DNA from: Eledone cirrhosa
Lineage: Eukaryota
DNA length: 64,000 nt
Direction of reading: 5' to 3'
NCBI GenBank assembly: GCA_964016885.1
Contig: OZ024745.1
Span: 14,074,001 to 14,138,000, forward strand
The position numbers and the translations under genes were made by a program. Each line of letters begins with the position of its first letter. Position 1 is the stretch's first letter. A model generated the notes under the pieces. It had not been told where the DNA came from, searched no databases, and was given only the letters and a program-made list of their open reading frames with translations. Of the stretch, positions 10,068 through 22,466 are shown in pieces.

Positions 10068-13000
10068 TATATTTTATTATATTTTTGTTTCTACATTGTC
10101 CTTCAGTACATCTTATGCTATACACTACATTTCTAGTTTTACAATTAATATGGGGGCTTATTTTACAGGTTATACATTTCTTATCTATACATGAGGGTCT
10201 TTGGAACGGGTATGTCTTGCTAATAAGTGTTTTTACGGAGGTACCAGGTCTTTCTACTATCTTAATATTGAGATTATGTTTATTTAGGGCCCTTCTAAAT
10301 TTGTGGGCTAGTTCGCCTCTAGGGGTTGTATTGATGAACATTACACTCTGGTATTTATTGCTATCATACCATGAGTTTATTCTATTGGCCTTGTTCCTAG
10401 TTCTTTCTATTCTATTCCAAAATTTGCTCCTATACAAGGGGCAGGTCCCATTTATGTCATTATTTACCATTTTTTCCCATTTGGTTCTGGCTCCTTTATA
10501 CACTCTGATCCTATCTCTCTGATTGTAGCCAGAGAACTGCATACGGTGGATGAAGTGTTGTATGTGTCTCTCTAGTTCTTCGGGGTTGCACATGCGGGAC
10601 ACATTTCTCATCACCCGTACCAAATCCGCAATCAGTATGTTGATTTTGGTATGGTTCGAAATGGCCGAGTTTCGGTGGATCAGATGTTTGGAAGTCATGG
10701 GTTTGGCATAATGGGAATGGAGGATTTGTTTTTGGTTGTTAATGGTATCTAACCAGAGCTCTGTGTCTAGTACAGGTAATCGATGGTTGGGGTGTCTACT
10801 TGGGTAGTCTATAGTAACTCTAATGCTCTGGTGGATGGAGTTTGCTATTTGCTGGATGCTTTCCATTGTGTTTTTCTCTAGTTCCTGACTGTTCTTTAGT
10901 GGGGGTGTCTTAACTACGATGTTTATATCATCTACGTAGCGGGAGTACATTATCAGGGTTAAGCTGTCTTCTAATTGTTCATTAAGTTTTTGTTTAAGTC
11001 TACTGTCCCACCATACCATGAATAAGTTAGCTATGTCGCCTGCAATGCTAACACCAATGGCTGCTCCTTCCTCTTGGGCATATGTTTTACCATTAAATTT
11101 GAACATATGTTCCTTAAGGGTTAATTTTATGCTGGCCCCTACCGCATGTGCAATCATTTTCTTCAGTTCATCGTGGTTTTCGGGTGTCCGTATGGCTCTG
11201 GTCCACCCGTTCCATCTATCTGTGTGGGTTTTCTTGGCCATTGAGGTAATGGTAGGTGGTCTGCCTCTTGCTGGTCTTGTAGGGCACAGGTTGCTAAGGT
11301 CATAAGTGTCTAGGTAACTATTACTATGGGTAAGCTTAAGTAGAAGTCCCAGCTCACTGGTATCAATCCCACGGAACTCAACCTTGCTCTCGCTGATCAT
11401 TTCTACGCATTTCTCCACAGCAAAATCCACGTCAATAGATGGATACAGGGACACAACATCCATACTGCCTATTATGCAGTTTGTTAGGTCCCCAGATCGG
11501 TTACCCGCGCCGATTCTGCTCAGGAGGTCCTCCGTGCTGTCACACACATCTGGGGACATCTCAATGATGGGGCGTATGATCAGGGAGAGGAAGTAGGACA
11601 GTCTGTAGTTACTAGCAATGTTAGCCCCACAGACTGGCCGTGTTGGTGGTCCCGCGACAGGGTCCCAGCCCGTTTTATGGTCTTTTCGAAGCCCATACAA
11701 CGCCGGCACGTCATTGTTCCAGGCCTGGAAGTTGTTGGCAGTCCTTTTGTTGGGCTGCATTATATTCGTCCACATCACCATATGGGCATTGAGGGCTTTT
11801 TCTCTATCCTCATGCTCCTGTGGTGTTACCTCTCTTGTGTTAGTGATGTGGGGTTGCATTGCCTGGATGTAGTTTGGCAGGCTGTCAACCGACATTCTGC
11901 CAGACTTGTCTGTTGGAAAACATGCTATCTCTCCATTACGCGAGCGCTGCATGAGCTTACGCAAGCCATTTGCAGATTCTTCTCCCAGTTGCTGGGCCTC
12001 TATTCTATTATGCTTCTTGCTATACTGTTCTATAATATTTCTAAGTTCGGATTTAGCTATACTAAATTGTGCTTCTGTTTGTTCATCGACCTGCGACGGC
12101 AACTGCGTGCGTTTGTTAAATGGCAAAGTCGTGGCGTGGACTCGTCGTAGGTCGAATGATTTATCGGAGGGGTTATAAAACGGAGAGTTCCAGGCTGCTG
12201 CTTTATGTGTACTAGTGCTATTATTATTGTTAGTTGTGTTGTTTCTATTTCTATTTCCACCAACAGCCTCATGGTTGTTTCTATGTCTCTCATAATTACT
12301 CCTGTCTCTTTCCACTGGCTCAATGTTGTTATCTACCCTATTTTGTGTGTCTGTGTGTTCGTCTTGGTTATTCTCTTTGTCCTTAGTCTCCCATCTCCTT
12401 TTCCTTTTAATCCTATTACTTTCTCTTATTTCTCTGATTTCTGTGCTACTGTCATTACTTGCTTTCTGTGTCTGTGTGTTTGTTAAGATTGTGGTGGTGG
12501 TGAGAGGCATTGAATGCGTGTGTGTTGTTGTTGTTGATGTGTGTTGTTGTTGATGTGTGTTGTTGTTGTCTCCGTGTGTGTGTGTGTTATCGTTGTTGTG
12601 TGTGTTGTTATTGTTGTTTGTGTCTGCGTGTCTGTTGTTGTATCTGGGTATGTTGCTATTGTTGTTGTTGTTATTGTTGTTTGTGTCTGTGTGTCTGTTG
12701 TTGTTGGGATGTGTGTTGTATATGTGTGTGCGTATATTGTTGCTTTTGTTTTTGATGCTCCAGCGTAGTTTTGTAAATGATTTTTCTATTTCTGACAGAC
12801 AACTAATCATATTTACCTTCTTGAATGTCGCAAATTTGGGTGGCAGACATAACACAGACATTTCATTATTATCTATTTCCGTGTTTCCATAAATGCTGGT
12901 ATTTTCGTTGTTGAACTCTTCTGATAATGAGGTGTCGGCCATGTTGATACCGTCAATTTTGTCGGGATATCTATTGGTATACTCTATAGTATCCCGATTT

Positions 13001-13485
13001 AGCTTTGCCTGTTTAAGCCACTTTAGTTTTCTGTTAAAGTGCTTATCACATTCTTGAGTAATGTACTGTTCTTCGGGGCGTATAAGGCTTATAAATATTA
13101 GTTTTTCTGTCGGTGTGGTGATTTTAGCTATTTCTTGTATTAGGTTACGCTTTAGTTTTTCTTGATGACTTAATTCTCTATAGATCTTCTTTTTTATGTT
13201 TAGAATTAAAGTTCGTTTTAGCCTATCTGCTTGTTTTTTGGTGAGTTGTAATCTTCTAACGTCGGTATTGATGGTGTTGGTGTAGATTCTAGAAGTGGTG
13301 CACAGTTTTATGAAGCGTAGTTGTCGAGATGTTATGGTTTTTCGTAGACAACAGAACATGGTGGTTTTCAGTATCTTGTTAGCCTGGCTAAGGCTTACGA
13401 TATTTCGTTTCTGAATTTGTTTAGCAAGATTCTTTATCTGAAATCGTGTGTTGAAACCGATATTGTTATACTTTGGGAGGGTCAT
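10054..13485 (-). CDS. PLE reverse transcriptase polyprotein with start of the GIY-YIG endonuclease (likely start MTLPKYNNI)
   Basis: Motifs PTDKSG, LYGLRKDHK, RPV, SMDVVSLYPSI, GAAIG, YSRYVDD, LPVLD, CITC...CKTRNVVYSIRC. Confidence 0.92.
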   Translation of the reverse strand: MTLPKYNNIGFNTRFQIKNLAKQIQKRNIVSLSQANKILKTTMFCCLRKTITSRQLRFIKLCTTSRIYTNTINTDVRRLQLTKKQADRLKRTLILNIKKKIYRELSHQEKLKRNLIQEIAKITTPTEKLIFISLIRPEEQYITQECDKHFNRKLKWLKQAKLNRDTIEYTNRYPDKIDGINMADTSLSEEFNNENTSIYGNTEIDNNEMSVLCLPPKFATFKKVNMISCLSEIEKSFTKLRWSIKNKSNNIRTHIYNTHPNNNRHTDTNNNNNNNNSNIPRYNNRHADTNNNNNTHNNDNTHTHGDNNNTHQQQHTSTTTTHTHSMPLTTTTILTNTQTQKASNDSSTEIREIRESNRIKRKRRWETKDKENNQDEHTDTQNRVDNNIEPVERDRSNYERHRNNHEAVGGNRNRNNTTNNNNSTSTHKAAAWNSPFYNPSDKSFDLRRVHATTLPFNKRTQLPSQVDEQTEAQFSIAKSELRNIIEQYSKKHNRIEAQQLGEESANGLRKLMQRSRNGEIACFPTDKSGRMSVDSLPNYIQAMQPHITNTREVTPQEHEDREKALNAHMVMWTNIMQPNKRTANNFQAWNNDVPALYGLRKDHKTGWDPVAGPPTRPVCGANIASNYRLSYFLSLIIRPIIEMSPDVCDSTEDLLSRIGAGNRSGDLTNCIIGSMDVVSLYPSIDVDFAVEKCVEMISESKVEFRGIDTSELGLLLKLTHSNSYLDTYDLSNLCPTRPARGRPPTITSMAKKTHTDRWNGWTRAIRTPENHDELKKMIAHAVGASIKLTLKEHMFKFNGKTYAQEEGAAIGVSIAGDIANLFMVWWDSRLKQKLNEQLEDSLTLIMYSRYVDDINIVVKTPPLKNSQELEKNTMESIQQIANSIHQSIRVTIDYPSRHPNHRLPVLDTELWLDTINNQKQILHSHYAKPMTSKHLIHRNSAISNHTKINILIADLVRVMRNVSRMCNPEELERHIQHFIHRMQFSGYNQRDRIRVYKGARTKWEKMVNNDINGTCPLYRSKFWNRIERTRNKANRINSWYDSNKYQSVMFINTTPRGELAHKFRRALNKHNLNIKIVERPGTSVKTLISKTYPFQRPSCIDKKCITCKISPHINCKTRNVVYSIRCTEGQCRNKNIIKYSVHR

Positions 13486-13617
13486 GTTGCCAATAAGAAA
13501 CACACGCACCAGTTGCTTTCACTTCAATTTATTATATATTTATAAATTTATAAATTTACAAATTTACAAACTTATAAATTTCTGGTTGGTTCCACAACCA
13601 GATAGTTGTTTATATAT

Positions 13618-13662
13618 AGTCATAGTCCTTTCGTCACACACTCTGTGACCTCTTCAGTGACT
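13618..13662 (-). ncRNA. Minimal type I hammerhead ribozyme in the 5' pLTR
   Basis: Same sequence as 9476-9520. Confidence 0.8.
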
Positions 13663-13746
13663 GGGGATTCCTTTCTTTGTTTCTGTGCCTTTCCTTTCTT
13701 CTATCCTACGCCATTTTGTTTCTGTGTGTGTGTTGTGTGCTCAGTT

Positions 13747-13766
13747 TGCGCATGCGCCACATCCGG
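13747..13766 (-). promoter_or_regulatory. Candidate pLTR internal promoter: NRF1-type GCGCATGCGC next to ETS-type CCGGATGT (also at 9605-9624)
   Basis: TGCGCATGCGC C ACATCCGG, a CpG-rich island in CA/AT-rich context, upstream of the ribozyme and ORF. Confidence 0.5.
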
Positions 13767-14005
13767 GTGTCTGTGTGTGTTTGTGTTCATTTATCTATTT
13801 GTTTATTTATTTATTTATTTATGACTATATATAAACAACTATCTGGTTGTGGAACCAACCAACCAACCAGAAATTTATAAGTTTGTAAATTTGTAAATTT
13901 ATAAATTTATAAATATATAATAAATTGAAGTGAACGCAACTGGTGCGTGTGTTTCTTATTGGCAACATGACCCTCCCAAAGTATAACAATATATATATAT
14001 ATATA

Positions 14006-14120
14006 TAATGTATAAAAATCAATACAATATAATTACCTCATTACCAGAGGTTTCCCGAATGAGGCGAATACGAAACCTCTGGTAATGAGGTAATTATATT
14101 GTATTGATTTTTATACATTA
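14006..14120. repeat. Perfect 49-bp inverted repeat around a partial hammerhead
   Basis: TAATGTATAAAAATC...GAGGTTTC / GAAACCTC...TTTATACATTA with 17-nt spacer. Confidence 0.9.
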
Positions 14121-14195
14121 AATTTTGCTCTGATACTTACATAGAGCACTCTTCATTTCTATGACCTTTTCTGTTTCCAACGGAAATTTCAATAC

Positions 14196-14309
<114 letters not shown>

Positions 14310-14474
14310 TATTAGAAATGTTAGCTATCGCCGTATTTTGACTAAAGAAATTAAAGAAATTATTCAGCCTGATAGTGGGGTTAAGAACCCTCGGAGAAAT
14401 GGAAAAAGATGAGTATTGACGTACAAGACTGGAATTGAACCATCAGCACAGTTGAGGTATGTCATACATCAATT

Positions 14475-14540
14475 TATTTTATCTGATGAGGACGCACTGA
14501 GGAAACAGCACAGTACCTCTGAAATATATATAATAAAATA
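14475..14540 (+). ncRNA. Type I hammerhead ribozyme motif
   Basis: UAUUUUAU CUGAUGA [stem II] GAAA UAUAUAUA AUAAAAUA; 8-bp stem I. Confidence 0.7.
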
Positions 14541-14797
14541 TATTTGATCACATGAATGTCTATATTTATTAATATTTTGAATTAATATTAATAACACCCA
14601 GAAAACTTCCTTGTTGAGTGCTTCTAATCTATTATAAAACTATGTTCATTGATTAATCAATGAACATAGTTTAACTTTTGGCCATATATATATATATATC
14701 CATCCATTCATGGGCCTTTAACTCCTCATGTAGTCGCAGGCGTGCCACCATTTAAACCTGGTGAGTCCCATACCTCTCATGGTCTGAACATATGTTA

Positions 14798-14970
14798 TTT
14801 CTTCTTCTTCTTCTTCTTCTTCTTCTTCTTCTTCTTCTTCTTCTTCTTCTTCTTCTTCTTCTTCTTCTTCTTCTTCTTCTTCTTCTTCTTCTTCTTCTTC
14901 TTCTTCTTCTTCTTCTTCTTCTTCTTCTTCTTCTTCTTCTTCTTCTTCTTTTTCTTCTTCTTCTTCTTCT
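14798..14970. repeat. (TTC)n microsatellite
   Basis: Direct reading. Confidence 0.95.
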
Positions 14971-14977
14971 TTATATA

Positions 14978-15008
<31 letters not shown>

Positions 15009-15084
15009 TTGAAAAAAAAAGGAAAAGAATGACTTCACTTGTAGTTCTAAATAATTTGATTTAATTTTATAATATTATAATACC

Positions 15085-15190
15085 CGCCGAGGTTAACTTT
15101 GCCTTTCATCCTTACGGGGTCGATAAAATAAAGTACCAGTAATACACTGGGTAATTGCTAGCCTTGTGCCTAACGTAGAAACAATTATAA
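15085..15190 (+). mobile_element. Nin/Deu-domain SINE fragment
   Basis: CCGCCGAGGTTAACTTTGCCTTTCATCCTTACGGGGTCGATAAAATAAAGTACCAG; further copies near 25500, 26380, 56180, 57520. Confidence 0.75.
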
Positions 15191-15451
15191 TATTATGAGT
15201 TGGTAGATCCAGTAAGTTCTTTGTTAACTTTGGTGGGAAGAATTTTAGAGATTCCTGGTTAACTTGGGTTGGAGAACTTTCTCGCATTCGTCGGTGGCGA
15301 TTCTCAAACTGAGATGAGGTTGTGTTGTGATGTGTGACTCTATATATAAGAGAGAGATGGGTGTGTCTGGGGTGTGGGTGTGGTGTTAATGAGTGTTGAT
15401 GATGAAGATTTGGAGGAATTAAAGCACACACACACACACACACACACACGT

Positions 15452-15584
<133 letters not shown>

Positions 15585-15605
15585 CACCCAGAAAAGGGTG
15601 AGGTG

Positions 15606-15685
<80 letters not shown>

Positions 15686-16357
15686 AAAAATGATGAAATC
15701 GAAAATGCAACTGGAGTCTTTTTTTTCTTTAAATATATTTATTTGGTTCCTTTACCGGTTTCGCAGTTCTTGTGCTTTTCAAAACTAGAATTGAGATGGA
15801 GGGTCTGTGGTTTTTCTCGCATCTGGTTGGTGTTCGAATGTTACTTCTGTTTTATATGGAAAAAAGTGGCTCGAAATGCCAGGTTTTTCTAAAAACCTAT
15901 CATTTTGAGCCACTTTTTTTCCATAATCCAGTGTGTACAAAGTGGACCCAGTAAACCACAACAACAACAACTAGATCAACATTCACTGTAAGTATTGATT
16001 TTCTTCCTAACGTTCGATTACCATTCGATGTTATTCTATACAGGTCAGACACAATGAAATGTCCCCCCACAGATTTAACTCGTTTACACTTCGCTGTCTT
16101 CACATCTTCCACTTTTTTACACACACACACAATTTTTTACTCTCTCGCTCAATGTTTTACACACTCACACTCCCTCTCTCTTACAATCTCTTTTCCACTC
16201 TCTCTCTCAACATATTTTCCATACTCCCTTCTTCTTCCCACATAACCCTACATAACTGCTCCTGCACCACCAGCCCCCTTATCCCTGCACCACCAGCCCC
16301 CTTCTCCCCCAATTACACTTCTTTCGCCCGGTCCTCTTCTTTCCCTTAGTTTTTTCA

Positions 16358-16444
<87 letters not shown>

Positions 16445-16644
16445 AGACGCACACACACACACACACACACACACACTCCCCCCCCGAGACACACACACAC
16501 ATATATATAGAGAGAGTCTACTCCATTATTAGACTGCTATTATCTCTATCGACCTCGAAAGGAACAAAGGCAAAGTTGATGTTAGAGGGATTTGGTCCCA
16601 GAACACAGAGAGCAAAGCATTCTACCCGACATTTTAATAGTTGT

Positions 16645-17883
16645 CATGTATATACACCCTGTTATCTACACACATGTACTATATATATATACACCCTGTT
16701 ATCTACACACATGTACTATATATATATACACCCTGTTATCTACACACATGTACTATATATATACACCCTGTTATCTACACACATGTACTATATATACACC
16801 CTGTTATCTACACACATGTACTATATATACACCCTGTTATCTACACACATGTACTATATATATACCCTGTTATCTACACACATGTACTATATATATACCC
16901 TGTTATCTACACACATGTACTATATATATACCCTGTTATCTACACACATGTACTATATATATACCCTGTTATCTACACACATGTACTATATATATACCTT
17001 ATTATCTATATACATGTACTATATACACACACTATTATCTACACACATGTACTATATATATACATCCTATTATCTACACACATCTACTATATATACACCC
17101 TGTTATCTACACACATGTACTATATATATATACCCTGTTATCTACACACATGTACTATATATATATACCCTGTTATCGACACACATGTATATATATGGTG
17201 GCTGCCAACTCGTTTTCGAGTACGGCCACTACTTTATATCCATGTAGGAGAACCCCTACCGATGCGCTGAACGAGTGTGACCCTCCAGTCCAGCCAGCGA
17301 CTTGAAAACTCTGGTACAAACACTACACTTGTGACAATTATTGACACATAGTGCTGGGCCCATGGTACCATGTGACGACAAGTGCAGAGAGATCTCCAGA
17401 TATAAAGCAATGCCTGTGCCGTGAAGCTTTTAAAGTGAGCAAAGGCATGCACAAAGCCAGTCCCACTCTCTTAACCAAGATGATATTTACCAAAAAGAAG
17501 AACAAGTCAACATCATTGGATACCATTAGGGTTGCAGGTGTTATATCAGAGTTTTCCTTCTCCTAGAATTCTGCCTTGACAAAGGCTAAGGGGTCATCTC
17601 TCCCGGTGATTTTAGATGGCCATTGACTCTTAAGAGCTCCTTTGCCCTTTGACAGGTTTTGTTTTTAGTCCTGCAGGATGTCCAAAGTCACCCTCCTCAC
17701 CAAGCAACCTTGGTGGGGTTGCCAGTTTAGTCGCCAACGACCCGACCATGGGACAGGTTGTACTGGGATACATGTTACCAGTAGCACCAACTGGTGACTT
17801 GACATACATGTACTATATATATATATATATACGCTGTTATCTACACACATGTACTATATATATACCCTGTTATCTACACACAT

Positions 17884-17935
<52 letters not shown>

Positions 17936-18469
17936 CTGTTATATACACACATGTACTATATATATATACCCTGTTATCTACACACATGCACTATATATAT
18001 ACTCTGTTATCTACACACATGTACTATATATACACCCTATTATCTACACACACTACTATATATATATATATATACCCTGTTATCTACACACATGTAATAT
18101 ATATACACCCTGTTATCTACACACATGTACTATATATACACCCTGTTATCTACACACATGTACTATATATACACCCTATTATCTACACACATGTACTATA
18201 TATACACCCTATTATCTACACACATGTACTATATATACACCCTGTTATCTACACACATGTACTATATATACACCCTGTTATCTACACACATGTACTATAT
18301 ATACACCCTATTATCTACACACATGTACTATATATATACCCTGTTATCTACACACATGTACTATATATATATACCCTGTTATCTACACACATGTACTATA
18401 TATATATATACCCTGTTATCTACACACATGTACTATATATATATACCCTGTTATCTACACACATGTACT

Positions 18470-18518
<49 letters not shown>

Positions 18519-19550
18519 CCCTATTATCTACACACATGTACTATATATACCCTATTATCTACACACATGTACTATATACACCTTATTATCTACACACATG
18601 TACTATATATACACCCTATTATCTACACACATGTACTATATATACACCCTATTATCTACAGACATGTACTATATATACACACTATTATCTACAGACATGT
18701 ACTATGTATACACACCCTATTATCTACACACATGTACTATATACACCCTATTATCTACAGAAATGTACTATATATACACCCTATTATCTACTGACATGTA
18801 CTATATATACACCCTATTATCTACACATATGTTTTATATACACCCTATTATCTACACATATGTACTATATATACCCTATTATCTACACACATGTACTATA
18901 TATACACCCTATTATCTACAGACATGTACTATATATACACACTATTATCTACAGCATGTACTATGTATACACACCCTATTATCTACACACATGTACTATA
19001 TACACCCTATTATCTACAGACATGTACTATATATACACCGTATTATCTAAACACATGTATTATATACACCCTATTATCTTTAGACATGTACTATATATAC
19101 ACCCTATTATCTACAGACATGTACTATATATACACCCTATTATCTACAGACATGTACTATATATACACCCTATTATCTACACACATGTACTACTATATAT
19201 ACTCTGTTATCTACGCATATGTACTATATATACACCCTATTATCTACACATATGTACTATATACATCCTATTATCTACAGACATGTACTATAGACACCCT
19301 ATTATCTACAGACATATACTATATACACCCTATTATCTACACATATGTACTATATACACCCTATTATCTACAGACATGTATTATATATATACACCCTATT
19401 ATCTACACACATGTACTACTATATATACTCTGTTATCTACACATATATACTATATATACACCCTATTATCTACACATATGTACTATATACACCCTATTAT
19501 CCACACACATGTACTATATACACCCTATTATCTACACATATGTACTACTA
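16645..19550. repeat. ~32-bp minisatellite (TATATACACCCTGTTATCTACACACATGTAC) interrupted at ~17196-17804
   Basis: Dozens of tandem units with a variable (TA)n part. Confidence 0.95.
17196..17804 (-). mobile_element. GC-richer insert, probably an RTE-derived 5' region or non-autonomous element
   Basis: Minus strand TAGCCTTTGTCAAGGCAGAATTCTAGGAGAAGGAAAACTCTG resembles motifs recalled from RTE 5' regions; splits the minisatellite. Confidence 0.45.
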
Positions 19551-19692
19551 CGTATGTACATATGCTATTAGATTATTACTTATGTATAAACACAGCGTTA
19601 TATATACATATTTGCTATAATGTACGAGTATTAGTGTATATATGTGAGTGTATATATGTGAGTGTATATATATACTGTACACATATATATAT

Positions 19693-19765
<73 letters not shown>

Positions 19766-19959
19766 TGTATATAACGAAGGAATTGTGGTAAGGAACCAGA
19801 TGGACCATAAAGCACCAAAGTACTCAATACTTAGGGTAGTAGAGTGGGTAATAGGAACAAGAAATAGCCGTCCAGAAATACCCGTCGAAACGGCTTGAGC
19901 TCTGCCGTCGGGGTCATTCTTGTTCCTATATACTGTATATATATATATATATATATATA

Positions 19960-20043
<84 letters not shown>

Positions 20044-20083
20044 TATATATATATATATATATATATACAGTATATATATATAC

Positions 20084-20145
<62 letters not shown>

Positions 20146-20187
20146 TATATATATATATATATATATATATACAGTATATATATATAC

Positions 20188-20237
<50 letters not shown>

Positions 20238-20253
20238 TGTATATATATATATA

Positions 20254-20352
<99 letters not shown>

Positions 20353-20361
20353 TATACTGTA

Positions 20362-20429
<68 letters not shown>

Positions 20430-20434
<5 letters not shown>

Positions 20435-21456
20435 CAATACTTTTGCTAATCTTAACCTTAAAATCACTATAGATACGAACCTTACTAATGCTAACTTTCT
20501 TGATATTAATCTTGATCTACTTACCGCCTCTTTTAAACCCTATCATAAACCTAATGAAAATCTTAGGTATATACACAAAGAGTCTTGCCATCCCCCTATA
20601 GTTTTTAATAATCTTATTCCTAACATTAGCCGTAGGATTTCTACCTTATCTTCGTCTATAGACATTTTTAATAAAGCCGCCCCTTATTATAATAAAGCCC
20701 TTAAGAACAGCGGTTTTACAGAAGAAATTTCTTATTTACATACTCCTCCCCCTAAAACTAACCACAATAACAGGAAAAGGAAGATTATTTGGTTCACACC
20801 CCTTCTCTCTAACTGTCAAAACTAATGTAGGAAGGAAATTCCTTGAACTCTTAGATAAACATTTTCCTCCTAATCATAGATATTATAAGATATTTAATAG
20901 GAACGTAGTTAAGATCAGCTACTCTTGTTGCCCATCTATGAAGTCCAAAATCACCAGTTCAAACCATACGAGAATAAATCCAGGATGCAGTTGCAGGAAG
21001 CCGGAGGAATGCCCATTGCAGGGTAAATGTAACACCAAATCTGTTGTTTATGAGGCTAAGATAACACCGGTAATCAACAACCAGCCAGCCAGGAGTGAGC
21101 GATATGTCGGTATGACCCAGGACAGGTTTAAAACCAGATTTTACTCACATGTCGCTTCTTTTAAGCACTCCGATAAACGAACATCAACGGCCCTCGCAAG
21201 TAAGGTGTGGGAACTCAAGGATAGTAACATCCCGTACTCTATTGATTGGTCTATATTAGACCATTCGAGGGAGTACCAAAGGGGCACAAAGAATTGTTCT
21301 TTGTGTACCACAGAAAAGTATAGGATTTTGCTAAACTTGAGAGCCACTTCCACTTGCCTTAACTCAAAGACTGAGATCTTCAGATACCGTCCTCATCTGA
21401 AATCGCATCTGATCTGTAACTGGATTGACACTCCTATGATAAATCAACTGCCTTGA
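20430..21456 (+). pseudogene. 5'-truncated second Penelope-like element: RT thumb plus GIY-YIG endonuclease, frameshift near 20800
   Basis: [15 protein letters not shown]...[35 protein letters not shown]...VVYEA...YVGMT...FKTRF...H, CSLC..EK. Confidence 0.88.
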
Positions 21457-21640
21457 ACTCCTTCTCTGCTCTTTACTTCTGCTACGGTTTTTATTTTGCT
21501 GAATCTACGTTCTGTGCTCTTGTATATATATATTTTTTTCTCCCTTACCTCCCCTTATATTTCACCTTTTCCTATGTCCCTCCCCCATATATTCTTTTTG
21601 CCTTGCCCTTCACATACCTATGTGTATGTGTATGTATATT

Positions 21641-21727
<87 letters not shown>

Positions 21728-21796
21728 GTGTGTATATATATATATATATATTTGTGTGTGTATATGTATGTATATGTAGATAGACCAGGTTTTTTT

Positions 21797-21850
21797 CATT
21801 CTGAAGATTGAAGGAAACATTTTTTGCTTTTAAGAAATCACTGGTGAATG
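21797..21850 (+). ncRNA. Degenerate hammerhead ribozyme motif
   Basis: CAUU CUGAAGA UUGAAGG...CUUUUAA GAAA UCACUGGUG AAUG; cleavage triplet decayed. Confidence 0.45.
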
Positions 21851-21976
21851 GAATAATTGCCTTATGTCGCTTATTACTTTATTACTTTACTACTATATAT
21901 ATGTATATGTAAGGTTCATATGAATTATCTAAGACTGAGTTTTACACATACACACATGTATATGTGTATGTATGTG

Positions 21977-22061
<85 letters not shown>

Positions 22062-22466
22062 GTGTGTTTGTATTTGGTTGTGCGTGTTTATGATATGTAC
22101 GTATTTGTATGTGTATAATTGTATAGCTATGTATGAATATGTATGTGTGTATGTATACATATATATGTGTGTGTGTGTATTTTTATATTTATGTATATAT
22201 ATATATACATATATATATATGTATGTGTATATAATTACATATACATATGTGTGTGTATAATTGTATACGTGTGCGTGTTTGTGCATGTATTTGTGTATGT
22301 GTATGTATGTGTTTATGTATTTGTATATGTATATTTATGTGTGAGAGTGTGTGTATGTATTTACTATTTTGTACGTATGTATACGTGCATTTGTGTGTAT
22401 TACTTACCACGCGTGTCTGTCCAGTTACCTGCCGTGTGTATCGCTGTCAAAATTTTTTTTATATAT

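Larger units (their letters stand above)
13405..13820 (-). repeat. 5' pLTR of the PLE (overlaps ORF start)
   Basis: Matches 9263-9678. Confidence 0.95.
9263..13992 (-). mobile_element. Penelope-like retroelement (PLE), near full length, with direct pLTRs and inverted 5' partial pLTR
   Basis: RT plus C-terminal GIY-YIG ORF; direct repeats 9263-9678 and 13405-13820 (offset 4142); inverted copy 13822-13992; (AT)n on both flanks. Confidence 0.93.

Noticed and set aside
9263-13820. LTR retrotransposon interpretation of the direct repeats
   Set aside because: No TG...CA ends, PBS, protease or integrase; RT and GIY-YIG motifs indicate a Penelope-like element
16576-19774. Long ORFs (up to 549 aa) over the minisatellite
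   Set aside because: Translations of a stop-poor tandem repeat, open in several frames; no coding signature
19631-20449. [12 protein letters not shown] and LPTY ORFs here and throughout the window
   Set aside because: Artefacts of (AT)n, (CA)n and (CTAC)n microsatellites
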